A DNA stretch of 64,000 bases from NCBI RefSeq assembly GCF_006345805.1, contig NC_043024.1:11780001-11844000 (forward strand). The letters are read 5' to 3'. The position numbers and the translations under genes are program-made. The notes under the pieces were generated by a model. The model searched no databases. It was not told the DNA's origin and saw only the letters and a list, made by a program, of their open reading frames with translations. This DNA comes from Octopus sinensis. Lineage: Eukaryota. Shown in pieces: positions 36,225 to 48,444 of the stretch. The number at the start of each line of letters is the position of its first letter. Position 1 is the stretch's first letter.

Positions 36225-36306
36225 TCTATAAGGGAAGTAACTCTCTAAAAATGCTTATATAGTTATTTCCCTTACAAACCCGAGCAACGCCGGGCGATAC
36301 TGCTAG
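36225..36306 (+). mobile_element. Helitron 3'-end fragment
   Basis: Hairpin plus CTAG|T at 36303-36307. Confidence 0.8.
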
Positions 36307-36611
36307 TATATATATATATATGTATGTGTGTGCGTGTATGTGTGATTGTATGAGTAAGAACATACATGTTTCTGTGCATGTGTACCTACGTAAGCGTTGT
36401 GAACGCGGATGGTTTATGTATGTGTGTTATCTTTTGTGAAAATATGGTAACTCTTTTACTTGTTTCAGTCATTTGACTGCGGCCATGCTGGAGCACCGTC
36501 TTTAGTCGAGCAAATCGACCCCAAGACTTATTCTTTGTAAGCCCAGTACTTATTCTATCGGTCACTTTTGCCGAAACGCTAAGTTACGGGGACGTAAACA
36601 CACAAACATAA

Positions 36612-36658
<47 letters not shown>

Positions 36659-36699
36659 CGCAGGAGTGGCTGCGTGGTAAGTAGCTTGTTTACCAATTG

Positions 36700-37370
36700 A
36701 AAGTAAAGTGGCGAGTTGATAGAATTGTTAGCATGCCGGACCAAAATGCTTGGCGGCATTTCGTCCGTCTGGCAGAATCGTTAGCGCGCCGGGCGAAATG
36801 CTTAGCGGTATTTCGTCTGCCGTTACGTTCTGAGTTCAAATTTCACCGAGGTAGACTTTGCCTTTCATCCTTTCGGGGTCGATAAATTAAGTAGCAGTTA
36901 CGCACTGGGGCCGATATAATCGACTTAATCCCTTTGTCTGTCCTTGTTTGTCCCCTCTCTGTGTTTAGCCCCTTGTGGGTAGTAAAGAAATAAGTATTTC
37001 GTCTGCCGCTATGTTCTGAGTTCAAATTCCACCGAGGTCGACTTTGCCTTTCATCCTTTCGGGGTCGATAAATTAAGGACCAGTTACGCACTGGGGTCGA
37101 TATAATCGACTTAATCCGTCTGTCTGTCCTTGTTTGTCCTCTCTGTGTTCAAATTCCACCGAGGTCATATCGCCCTTGTGGGTAGTGAAGAAATAAATAT
37201 TTCGTCCGTCTTCGCGTTCTGAGTTCAAATTCTGGAGATGGTAACTTTGCCTTTCATCCCTTCTGGGGTCAATAAAATAAGAATCAGTAGATCACTGGGG
37301 TCGATGTAATCGACTTACCCCGTTCTCCGAAATTCCTGGCCTTGGGCCAACTTTGAAACCGATATTTAAT
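36700..37370 (+). mobile_element. SINE family A multimer, degenerate
   Basis: Two heads and about 3 bodies. Confidence 0.8.
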
Positions 37371-37517
37371 TGAAAGTAACCGAATTCAAAGAATTAATTG
37401 CATAGAACAAGAGCAACCTTTGTCCTTCAAAGAATCTGCAGTGGGAAAGAAATAGCATTGGAGTTTCTGATATCTTTCTTATTTTCTCGTTTTACAGATT
37501 AATCTACGTCAGAAAAT

Positions 37518-37711
37518 ATGTTGCGTCAATCAATGCATTTGAAATTGACCATTGCTTTGGTACTATGCATAGGAGTACTCTTTGAGATTGGTGCTTATTC
37601 AGACATCTGCTCCAAATGTAGGTGTAACACGGTTAAGAAAACTGCAGACTGTCAAAAAAATCAATTCGTTTCTCTCCCTAAATCAACAATTTTGAAAGTA
37701 TTTGAGCATTT
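37518..37711 (+). CDS. LRR-LU-SEA-like gene, coding exon 1: signal peptide plus LRRNT
   Basis: Acceptor ttttctcgttttacAG (37497), in-frame TAA upstream of the ATG, MLRQSMHLKLTIALVLCIGVLFEIGAYSDICSKCRCNTVKKTADCQKNQFVSLP...VFEH(L), donor GTAAGT at 37712 (phase 2). Confidence 0.9.
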
Positions 37712-37817
37712 GTAAGTATTAAACAATTTTTTTCATGTTTTCTACATACAATGGTTTAAAAGCTGATTGGCCATGTTTTCAGTCGCTCTGAGGTCAAGTA
37801 AACCGCTTTTCAATATA

Positions 37818-39087
37818 TTGGGTTGGCAACTAAGTTCCGCTGTTTTTTGTTTTAAAAAGTTTTAATAAAAAAATAACTAATTAATCAATAATGTATTCAC
37901 CATTCTTGTTTACAACTTCTTCCCAACGTTCAACAAGATTTTCAGTACCTCGTTAAGTAGAAATCACCAGATTTCAACTCGAAAAATTGATCCAACCAAG
38001 TTCTCAAATTTTGCATCAGTATTGAACGAAACTCTGCACATAGCATTTGAAAGAGATCGAAAGAGGTGGGAATCCGTTGGTGCCAAATCAGGAGAGTACG
38101 GCGGGTGTGGCAACACTTCCCAGCCATGCGTTTGAATGGCTTTCTTGGTCATATTGGCGATATGAGGGCTGGCGTTGTTGTGCAGCAGAAGAACTCCGTG
38201 CTGTTGATTAGGTCTTTACTTTTGAATAGCCGTGTTGAGTCGTTCCATCTGTTGAACATAGAATTCTGTGTTGATCGTATAGTTCCGTTCAAGCAATTCG
38301 TAATGGATAATCCCTTCCTAGTCCCACCATACGCAAAACATCGTTTTACGCGGATGAAGATCTTGTTTTACGCACGGTGTCGCTTGTTTACCGGGGCTAA
38401 GCCATTCCTTACGCTGCTTCATATTGATGTACAGGCATCATTTTTCGTCGCCAGTGACGATTCGGTAAAGAAATCATTGCTTGTGTCCATGAGTTGAGCG
38501 GTAACAAGCAAGCAAACCAGCGGAGATTGCGGCTCGTTGATTTTTGTTGTTGTCACTTAAAGCATGCGGAATCCGTGCTCCATACTTCTGAACCTTTCCC
38601 ATCGAGTGAAGATGCTTCTCTATGGCAGTGTGGGAGCATTCCATTTTCTTTTCCAGTTCCCTTGTCGTTTCACAAGAATTTTCGTGCAAAAGTTAGTTTA
38701 ATCACTCTTCATCGAACTAAACTGGACGGCCAGAATGAGGTGCGTCTTTGAGGTCAAAATTTCCATTTTCGAACTTGGCATACCAATCACGAGCGGTTCT
38801 TTCAGCTATGGCACCCTCTCCATACACAACACAAATGTCGCGAGCAGCTTTTGCGGCCTTAGAACCTTGATTAAAAGCAAAAAGAAGGTGTCGAAAATGC
38901 TCGTTTTTCTTAACTTGATGTTCCATTTTAATGATCTGGAAATAAACAAAAATTAACTAAAATTAACTAGAAAAAACAAAAAACAAAAACCAAATAGATT
39001 CCAAAGTGATTCAAAAATAGAATTCTCGAAAAAAAAAAATAGATTCCAAAATTTAATAAAACGGCGGGAACTTAGTTGTCAACCCAA
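37818..39087 (-). mobile_element. Full-length mariner (mellifera-like), inactivated transposase
   Basis: TA TSDs at 37816-17 and 39088-89; TIRs ttgggttggcaactaagtt / aacttagttgtcaacccaa; MEHQVKKNEHFRHLL...WYAKFENGNFDLKD...GRP...GWEVLPHPPYSPDLAPTDSHLFRSL, with frameshifts. Confidence 0.93.
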
Positions 39088-39100
39088 TATGTTAACTATT

Positions 39101-39462
39101 GTGGAGGCGCAATGGCCCAGTGGTTAGGGCAGCGGTCTCGCGGTCATAGGATCGCGGTTTCGATTCCCAGACCGGGCGTTGTGAGTGTTTATTGGGCGAA
39201 AACATCTAAAGCTCCACGAGGCTCCGACAGGGGATGGTGGTGATCCCTGCTGTACTCTTTCACCACAACCTTCTCTCACTCTTACTTCCTGTTTCTGTTG
39301 TACCTGTATTTCAAAGGGCCGGCCTTGTCACTCTCTGTGTTAAGGGTACACGTGTCTGTGGAGTGCTCAGCCACTTACACGTTAATTTCACGAGCAGGCT
39401 GTTCCGTTGATTCGGATCAACCGGAACCCTCGTCGTCGTAACCGACGGAGTGCTTCCATTCC
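39101..39462 (+). mobile_element. SINE family C monomer with 12-bp TSD
   Basis: atgttaactatt at 39089-39100 and 39463-39474. Confidence 0.9.
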
Positions 39463-39710
39463 ATGTTAACTATTATTGAATCTAGAATTTAAAGTATTAC
39501 AAAGATGAGATTAGACAAATATCTGAACGTTGATGATATTGATCTCTTGCATTAAAGCTTATGGCATCTTTACGGAAGAGAAAGTACGAAGACTTTAGGG
39601 CCAGCAAAATGTGTGGTATATATCGGAGTATTTTATTTTCCCTACACTTGAGGAAACTATTTACGGTTACTTCAATAATGTATCGGTGAGAAAGTCACAG
39701 AATAGCTTAT

Positions 39711-40394
39711 GTTGGAAGCACTCCGTCGGTTACGACGACGAGGGTTCCGGTTGATCCGAATCAACGGAACAGCCTGCTCGTGAAATTAACGTGCAAGTGG
39801 CTGAGCACTCCACAGACACGTGTACCCTTAACGTAGTTCTCGGGGATATTCAGCGTGACACAGAGAGTGACAAGGCCGGCCCTTTGAAATACAGGTACAA
39901 CAGAAACAGGAAGTAAGAGTGAGAGAAAGTTGTGATGAAAGAGTACAGCAGGGATCACCACCACCCCCTGCCGGAGCCTCGTGAAGCTTTAGGTGTTTTC
40001 GCTCAATATGGAAGCACTCTGTCGGTTACGACGACGAGGGTTCCGGTTGATCCGAATCAACGGAACAGCCTGCTCGTGAAATTAACGTGTAAGTGGCTGA
40101 GCACTCCACAGACACGTGTACCCTTAACGTAGTTCTCGGGGATATTCAGCGTGACACAGAGAGTGACAAGGCCGGCCCCTTGAAATACAGGTACAACAGA
40201 AACAGGAAGTAAGAGTGAGAGAAAGTTGTGGTGAAAGAGTACAGCGGGGATCACCACCATCCCCTGCCTGAGCCTCGTGGAGCTTTAGGTGTTTTCGCTC
40301 AATAAACACTCACAACGCCCGGTCTGGGAATCGAAACCGCGATCCTATGACCGTGAGACCGCTGCCCTAACCACTGGGCCATTGCGCCTCCACA
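39711..40394 (-). mobile_element. SINE family C dimer with 14-bp TSD
   Basis: acagaatagcttat at 39697-39710 and 40395-40408. Confidence 0.92.
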
Positions 40395-40923
40395 ACAGAA
40401 TAGCTTATAACTACCGAGTGATTGTATTAATTTTACAATTAAAACGATAGATTAACTACAGATAATTACGAGATCTGATTAAATTGCTAAACTTTTTAAA
40501 TACATAATCGGAGAATATAAAATAATCTCATTAGAACAGCTTATGGCACATATGTTTTTAGGGCCCTTCATGAATAAAATAATGTAGATATCACGAACAT
40601 ATTAATTACTTTTATAAAAGTATTTAACTTTAAAATTGAAAACACATAATTTATAATTACTTTATTAACTTTCAGTAATGAGTTCAACTCTTAGCATTTC
40701 TCAAAAATGCGACAAAGATTAGTCCTGGAAGGATAAGTTTCTCAAACATTTAACGTTTCAAAAGATGGGATAGAAGAAAATTTATTAAATATTTAATACA
40801 TGTTCATGGCAGTCGTAATATCTATTCTATATTCCCAGGGATTATCTTTTATCCTTTATTTTTTCAATCATTAGACTGCGGCCATGAAGGATTTCAGTCG
40901 AATAGATCGACCCTTATGACTTC

Positions 40924-41119
40924 ATATTCCAGATTTGTGGTCTGTGCAGCCAGTTACTTTGAACTGTGGACAGGCTATTCTATTCCTTCAGTTAGCCTAC
41001 AAAAGCTACAATCTGGATGATCCGATGCTATTTGCCCATGTCCACGTAGACACATTCGAGAAATCCAGATGGGACCGGTCAATCAGCTGAAGAAGCCTGA
41101 ACAGAATTTGCGACGCTTC
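40924..41119 (-). mobile_element. L1/Tx1-like fragment, inverted copy of 44397-44504 plus 45079-45170 without the hAT MITE
   Basis: Reverse-complement match that runs straight through a single atccagat. Confidence 0.8.
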
Positions 41120-41419
41120 CGTCTACACAAACCACTCACAAGACTTTGGTCAGCCCGAGGCTATAGTAGAAGACACTTGCCCAAGGTGCCACGCAGTAGG
41201 ACTGAACCAGCAAGCTACTTACCACACAGCCACTCCTACGCCTATAATATATATATATATAAATATACATATATATACGGCGGGCTTCTTTCATTTTCCA
41301 TCTACCAAATCTACTCACAAGGCTTTGGTCAGCCCGGGGCTATAGCAGAAGACACTTGCCCAGGTGCCACGCAGTAGGACTGAACCAGCAAGCTACTTAC
41401 CACACAGCCACTCCTACCT

Positions 41420-41489
<70 letters not shown>

Positions 41490-41842
41490 CGGCGGGCTTC
41501 TTTCATTTTCCATCTACCAAACCACTCACAAGGCTTTGGTCGGCCCGAGGCTATAGTAGAAGACACTTGCCCAAGGTGCCTGAACCCGGAACCAAGTGGT
41601 TGGTAAGCAAGCTACTTACCACACAGCCTACTCCTACTTCATAATTGACGGATATGATTGATATTTTCAGGAGAACACATTTGTATCCATATATGATAAT
41701 CTTATTAATATCAATATTCGTTGCAATGTTTTAATTTCCCATAAATAATATTTAAGCTTCTATTTTATGTTAAATATAATTTTTTAACAGTTTGTATTTA
41801 ATCATAAATACAGTTTCTTATGAACCCACTTTCATGTTACAG

Positions 41843-41914
41843 AGATCTGGGTGAAAATAATATCAAGAATATTGATATAGAAATTATCCAAACTTATAGC
41901 CATTTAAAGAAACT
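41843..41914 (+). CDS. Coding exon 2: LRR cassette (72 nt, phase 2-2)
   Basis: catgttacAG; DLGENNIKNIDIEIIQTYSHLKK(L); GTAAGT. Confidence 0.9.
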
Positions 41915-41947
41915 GTAAGTATTTTTGATATTATTTCATTAATTGTG

Positions 41948-42325
41948 ACGTATATTTGCCATTTAAATATGGCTAACCCCTAAGGGTGGATGCTACTGTA
42001 GTTTGTAGCCCCAGGAGGACACCTCCTCCAGCTGGCTATAGACACACCTTCTGTGCCCTATCAGTAATTGCAAAGGGAAGCCATCCTTCCCGTCTTCAAC
42101 TTATGATACACACGGACTCGAGTTTCTGGGTATTGACCCGTCATGTCCAGAAATACCCAGAAACTCGAGTCAGTTGAAGACGGGAAGTGTGGCTGCTCTT
42201 TGCAGATACTGATAGGGCACAGAAAGTGTGCCTATAGCCAGCTGGAGGAGGTGTCCTCCTAGGGCTACAAACTACAGTAGCATCCACCCTTAGGGGTTAG
42301 CCATATTTAGATGGCAAATATACGT
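41948..42325. repeat. Fold-back element (154-bp arms) with inner 20-bp hairpin and HHR 3' half
   Basis: 41948-42101 vs 42172-42325; 42115-42134 vs 42152-42171; minus strand tga-c-GGGT-caat-ACCC-a-GAAAC-tcga-GTC. Confidence 0.88.
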
Positions 42326-42364
42326 TACGATGTGTTACCGCTACTGTTTATAACTCGCTCTCTC

Positions 42365-42765
42365 TTTACTCTTTTACTCTTTTACTTGTTTCAGTCATTT
42401 GACTGCGGCCATGCTGGAGCACCGCCTTTAGTCGAGCATTCCGACCCCGGGACTTATTCTTTGTAAGCCTAGTACTTATTCTATCGGTCTCTTTTGCCGA
42501 ACCACTAAGTTACGGGGACGTAAACACACCAGCATCGGTTGTCAAGCAATTCTAGGGGGACAAACACAGACACACACACATACATATATATACATATATA
42601 CGACAGGCTTCTTTCAGTTTCCGTCTACCGAATCCACTCACAAGGCATTGGTCGGCCCGGGGCTATAGCAGAAGACACTTGCCCAAGATGCCACGCAGTG
42701 GGACTGAACCTGGAACCATGTGGTTCGTAAGCAAGCTACTTACCACACAACCATTCCTGCGCCTG
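42365..42765 (-). mobile_element. SINE family B
   Basis: Full reverse copy. Confidence 0.88.
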
Positions 42766-42907
42766 AGATTTATTATTTCATTAATTGTATATTTAAAAAA
42801 TTATCCCTTAATTATCCCTTATATTTTATAAACCTAATTATTTAGTCATAATATTTTATATTTTGTTTCTCCGTTCAGTTTCTTATGAACTCACTTTTAT
42901 GTTGCAG

Positions 42908-42979
42908 AAATATAAGTTATAATAAACTCCAGAATATTAAAAGGGGATTCTTCCAAAGGCTGACCCTTTTAGAGGAATT
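42908..42979 (+). CDS. Coding exon 3: LRR cassette (72 nt)
   Basis: tatgttgcAG; NISYNKLQNIKRGFFQRLTLLEE(L); GTAAGT. Confidence 0.9.
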
Positions 42980-43035
42980 GTAAGTAGGAGCAGTCTTGTT
43001 GATATTTTTCATTCACGATGTATTCTAGATATGCA

Positions 43036-43094
<59 letters not shown>

Positions 43095-43171
43095 TTCTTC
43101 TTTCTTTCTTTCTCACTATATCATTCTCATCCTTTTCTGCTCTATAGATGCACGTGGGTATGTAAACGTAA

Positions 43172-43213
<42 letters not shown>

Positions 43214-43362
43214 ATTAGAGATACAAACCACTATTAGGCAAATCATACAATGAAAAACTTAAGCCAATACATAAGATTAATTAATTTATATTATTTTAAT
43301 ATATATCAAAATTATTAAAAAAAGATAATGAGTATAACACATGAATATATATATTATATATA

Positions 43363-43400
<38 letters not shown>

Positions 43401-43899
43401 GTGACCGCGTGTGCACCGTTGGCGATTTTTTCCTCCGTCTTTCCTTCTTTGGATCTTTCCTTTTCCTATGTTTCTGACCATCACCATCAATACCTCCACT
43501 ATCAGCAACAAAAAGTAAAACACCCAAGCATAACAACAACAAGCACACAAGAACACCACCAGCAGCAGACAAACACACAACAACTTGACCTAAGCAAATG
43601 ACTCCACTCAAATATACAAAAGAATTTAACACCCACCTTTGTGCTAGAGATAGAAAAATCTAATTCATAGCACAAGGGGAAGACATAGAAATGGAGGGGC
43701 AACTTTTGATCAAAGGCAAGATCTCTTGCTAAAACGTTATAAGATAATGAGAAGCGTAGGGACTGCTTTATTCAATGCCACTAACAGGATTGTGAAAGAT
43801 TTCTTCAAGAACCCCCAAGCAGGCAGGAAATCGAATGATCCTGTTCAACATACAGCATAATCACCAAAGTACTGATCCTTTCCCCTTTTTCTTCTTCCC

Positions 43900-44772
43900 A
43901 ACCATTATGGCATCTCTGAGTGCAGGATGTGGGAAATGCTCGTGGCATGAGATGGGCCTGGAAGCAGGGTCACCTATTCAATGATTTCAGGTCACTGGGC
44001 ACGGATGTGATAACTATCAGCGAGACCAAGATTTTCGACAAACGTTGTTTCACGCCCACTTTTGATAACTTTGAGATCTATGTGTCTTTTAATCGGCTTG
44101 AAATGAATAGCAGAGTGATGGCCTTGTTTCGAGAAGGACTGGGTTTCGAGATAAACCCACGCTTCCTGGACCTGGCGGGTAAGTTGGTAGTTTTGGACTT
44201 TGGCAGTAGGGAAGGTAGTCCCTTCAGACTAGTGGTTATCCAGTGACTCCGAGACAAGCAAGGCAACCAGATTTCTTCAGGTGTTTAGAGGTGTCCCTGG
44301 GAATGCTTCGCTCAATAGTATTTGTGGCCAACTGGAACGCTTTCTTCAATGCACATTTGGATTGAGGAGTGCAAACTGATAGGAGAGGAAAATACAGAAG
44401 CGTCGCAAGTCTGCGCAGTCTTCTTCAGCTGGTTGACCGGTCCCATCTGGGTTTCTCGAATGTGTCTACGTGGACATGGACAAATAGCATCGGATCATCT
44501 AGATCAGTGCTTTTCAAACTTTTTGCTGAAGCGGAACCCCAAGAAAACATTCCACTAGTTCGAGGAACCCCTGTGCAATAATTTAATAGTTTTATGCACA
44601 CATATCTGCACAGGAGAAATAAAAATTACTGCTGATTTTAGCAGTTTTGTAACTTCTTGCGAACCCCTGGACTGTACTGGGGGAACCCTAAGGTTCTACG
44701 GAACCTGGTTGAAAACCACTGATATACCACAACATATATATAATATATATATATATATATAATATTATTAAT

Positions 44773-44819
<47 letters not shown>

Positions 44820-45620
44820 TATATATACACATATATATATTGCACATTATACACACATACATATACAATTAGTGCTTTTCAAACTTTTGTTGGAGCGGAA
44901 CCCCCAGGAAAACATTCCACTAGCTCGAGGAACCCCTGTGCAATAATTTAATAGTTTTATGCACACATATCTGCACAGGAGAAATAAAAATTACTGCTGA
45001 TTTTAGCAGTTTTGTAACTTCTTGCGGAACCCCTGGACTGTACTGGCAGAACCCTGGTTGAAAACCACTGATCTAGATTGTAGTTTTTGTAGGCTAACTG
45101 AAGGAATAGCATAGCCTGTCCACAGTTCAAAGTAGCTGGCTGCACAGGCCACAAATCTGGAATATGATAGGCTCCATATGCAGGGTCCAAGACACTGTAA
45201 GATGAATGTGTCTTTCCCAGCGTGCCAAGTTTTCAGACACGCTAAGTACGAAGGTTGCGTTGTTAGAGCTAGACGCGTGCTCTAAGACACTTGGAAACGA
45301 AAGTCATTCGATGGGCCTGAATGGAAGAGGCGCAACGTAGTAACAGTCCCACAATTTGGTATTTGACAGACTGGGAAGGGCAACTGCAACTCGAACCCAA
45401 GTAGATGCGTGCAGAATCCCAGCGACTTTTTGCTGAACTTTACGGGCACATGTTTGATCGGAGACGGGGGGGGGGTCTATCTCCTACCTCGACGCTTTGC
45501 CGCAGCTCTCAGCAAGGGATGCGGAGTTCTGTGAAATTCCAAAAACTGCCGATGACATACGTGATGCGATGGCTTCAAGGTTTACTTTCATATACCAGAC
45601 TTGTTTGGCGATCTGTTGAT
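43900..45620 (+). mobile_element. L1/Tx1-like LINE remnant (APE endonuclease region onward)
   Basis: NARG...DVITISETK...GKLVVLD...FRLVVIQ...ANWNA. The downstream piece parallels the pre-RT region at 52100-52260. Confidence 0.65.
44505..45070. mobile_element. hAT (Charlie-like) MITE dimer with 8-bp TSD
   Basis: CAGTG...CACTG ends; units 44505-44721 and 44871-45070; ATCTAGAT at 44497-44504 and 45071-45078. Confidence 0.9.
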
Positions 45621-45664
45621 GAAAAAAATTGATATTTTCAGCTCACACACTTGTATCCATATAC

Positions 45665-46077
45665 TTACTCACTTACTCTTTTATTTGTTTCAGTCATTTG
45701 ACTGTGGCCATGCTGGAGCACCGCCTTTAGTCGAGCAAATTGACCCCGGGACTTATTCTTTGTAAGCCTAGTACTTATTCTATCGGTCTCTTTTGCCGAA
45801 CCGCTAAGTAACGGAGACATAAACACACCAGCATCGGTTGTCAAGCAATGCTAGGGGGACAAACACAGACACACAAACACACACACACACATATATATAT
45901 ATACACATATACGACGGGCTTCTTTCAGTTTCCGTCTACCAAATCCACTCACAAGGCTTTGGTCGGCCCGAGGCTATAGTAGAAGACACTCGCCCAAGAT
46001 GCCACGCAGTGGGACTGAACCCGGAACCATGAGGTTGGTAAACAAGCTACTTACCACACAGCCACTCCTGCGCCTAT
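45665..46077 (-). mobile_element. SINE family B
   Basis: Full reverse copy splitting the duplicated intron block upstream of exon 4. Confidence 0.88.
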
Positions 46078-46245
46078 GGTGATTTTATTAATCTTATCAA
46101 CATCAATATTCATTGCAGTCTTTTAATTCCAGTAAATATAATTCACTCTTCTATTTTATGTTAAACCCAGTTGGTTAGACTTAATATTTAATATCTAATT
46201 ATTAATCTGCTCAAAACAATTTACGAACTCGTTTTTATGTTACAG

Positions 46246-46317
46246 ATATCTCGGACATAATAATATCTCTACTATTGAAGACGGGAGTTTTGCGAATCTT
46301 TTACAGTTAAAAAAGCT
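46246..46317 (+). CDS. Coding exon 4: LRR cassette (72 nt)
   Basis: tatgttacAG; YLGHNNISTIEDGSFANLLQLKK(L); GTAAGT. Confidence 0.92.
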
Positions 46318-46839
46318 GTAAGTCAAATCAGTCTTGTTGACACTATTTCATTGACGATATCTAAATATTTAATGTTTCCCCTCCTCTCCCCAGCTCCATC
46401 ATTCTGTCTGTTTTCCATTGTCAAAGGAAAAAGGATATACGTATTTGCATTGGGACCTCTTTGCATCGAAGACTGGTGCTTGACGTGCGCTGACGACGGG
46501 TAAATACTCAGAAACCTGGATCTGTGCGTATCACGTCAGGTCGACGATGGGAAGGATAGCTTCCCTTTGCAAATATTGATAGGGCACAGAAAGTGTGTCA
46601 ATAGCCACACACATTTACGTCATATCTATGCGCCTGTATATATACTCATAGGATTGTGGTTCTGTAAGTTGTGTATAGGGTGTGTGTATAAGGTGTGTGT
46701 ATAAGGTGTGTGTGAGAGAGAGCATATGTGTATACAAAGGTATCTGTCTGTTTCCTGGTGCGCGTATATATGTACGTATATCTGTAAGAGTGTAAATTTG
46801 GATGAAAGTCTAGTGTATCTGCTACATGTTAACCATGTT

Positions 46840-47170
46840 TTTGACATCCTCTTCGTTCTCCTCATCCTCTTTGTTCTCCTCATTCTCTTCTTTCTTCTTT
46901 TCCTCTTCTTTTTCGTTCTCGCTCTTCTCCAATATCATCACCGTCATCTTTCTTCTTTTTCTACTTTTCCTCCTCCTCCTCCTCCTCCTCCCCCTCCACA
47001 CCCCTCCACACCCCTCCACACCCCTCCACACCCCTCCACACCCCTCCACACCCCTCCACACCCCTCCCCTCCCCCTCCTCCCCTCCCCACCTCCTCTTTC
47101 ACCTTCTTTTCATCCTTCTTTTTCTACTCATTCTCCTTCTTCCTCTCCTTTGCCATTTTCCCCCTTTTCT
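46840..47170. repeat. Pyrimidine-rich low-complexity tract with (CCCCTCCACA)7 at 46991-47060
   Basis: Direct reading. Confidence 0.9.
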
Positions 47171-47309
47171 GAATGTGGAGATGAAGGTTTTCTCAGATTA
47201 GGCGGACTCGATGAAAGTCACTCAAGAAACCGATGAAGGGTTTAAACATGGTGACTACAGAAAAAGAACGCCACCAGTGATCCAATATAGACTGGTATAT
47301 TATGTATTC

Positions 47310-48090
47310 AAGGCGGCGAGCTGGCAGAATCGTTAGCACGCCGGGCGAAATGCGTAGCCGTATTTCGTCTGCCGTTACGTTCTGAGTTCAAATTCCGCCG
47401 AGGTCGACTTTGCCTTTCATCCTTTCGGGGTCGAAAAATTAAGTACCAGTTACGCACTGGGGTCGATGTAATCGACTTAATCCGTTTGTCTGTCCTTGTT
47501 TGTCCCCTCTATGTTTAGCCCCTTGTGGGTAGTAAAGAAATAGGTATTCCGTCTGCCGTTACGTTCTGAGTTCAAATTCCGCCGAGGTCGACTTTGCCTT
47601 TCATCCTTTCGGGGTCGATAAATTAAGTACCAGTTACGCACTGGGGTCGATGTAATCGACTTAATCCGTTTGTCTGTCCTTGTTTGTCCCCTCTGTGTTT
47701 AGCCCCTTGTGGGTAGTAAAGAAATAGGTATTTCGTCTGCCGTTACGTTCTGAGTTCAAATTCCGCCGAGGTCGACTTTGCCTTTCATCCTTTCGGTGGT
47801 CGATAAATTAAGTACGAGTTACGCACTGGGGTCGATGTAATTGACTTAATCCCTTTGTCTGTCCTTGTTTGTCCCCTCTGTGTTTAGCCTCTTGTGGGTA
47901 GTAAAGAAATAGGTATTTCGTCTGTCTTTACGTTCTGAGTTCAAATTCCGCCGAGGTCGACTTTGCCTTTCATCCTTTCGGGGTCGATAAATTAAGTACC
48001 AGTTACGCACTGGGGTCGATGTAATCGACTTAATCCGTTTGTCTGTCCTTGTTTGTCGTATCTGTGTTTAGCCCCTTGTGGGTAATAAAG

Positions 48091-48093
<3 letters not shown>
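47310..48093 (+). mobile_element. SINE family A multimer (head plus 4 bodies)
   Basis: 184-185-bp units. Confidence 0.9.
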
Positions 48094-48178
<85 letters not shown>

Positions 48179-48203
48179 CATAGCTTTTTTTCTTATTCTG
48201 TAG

Positions 48204-48275
48204 GAATCTCCGCGGGAACGCATTGTCGACCATATCTTCAAGAATATTTCCGCATCTGCTATCTTTGACTTATCT
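48204..48275 (+). CDS. Coding exon 5: LRR cassette (72 nt)
   Basis: ttttttcttattctgtAG; NLRGNALSTISSRIFPHLLSLTY(L); GTAAGT. Confidence 0.92.
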
Positions 48276-48444
48276 GTAAGTGAAACGCTAAAGTTTTTAA
48301 TTTGTTGTGAATATTTCCAATGCATGCATTACTAGAATTAACAGATTTCGCTCGCTGCCAGAATCTTCAAGGAATGCGTATTACATCAGGACTGCTAGAA
48401 TTAAATTTTCATTACCACGCTGCGGTGTTTGGAAGAATGTCTAC

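Noticed and set aside
46708-47236. Pro/His-rich and Glu/Lys-rich ORFs
   Set aside because: Low-complexity pyrimidine tract inside an intron; no splice sites in a compatible phase.
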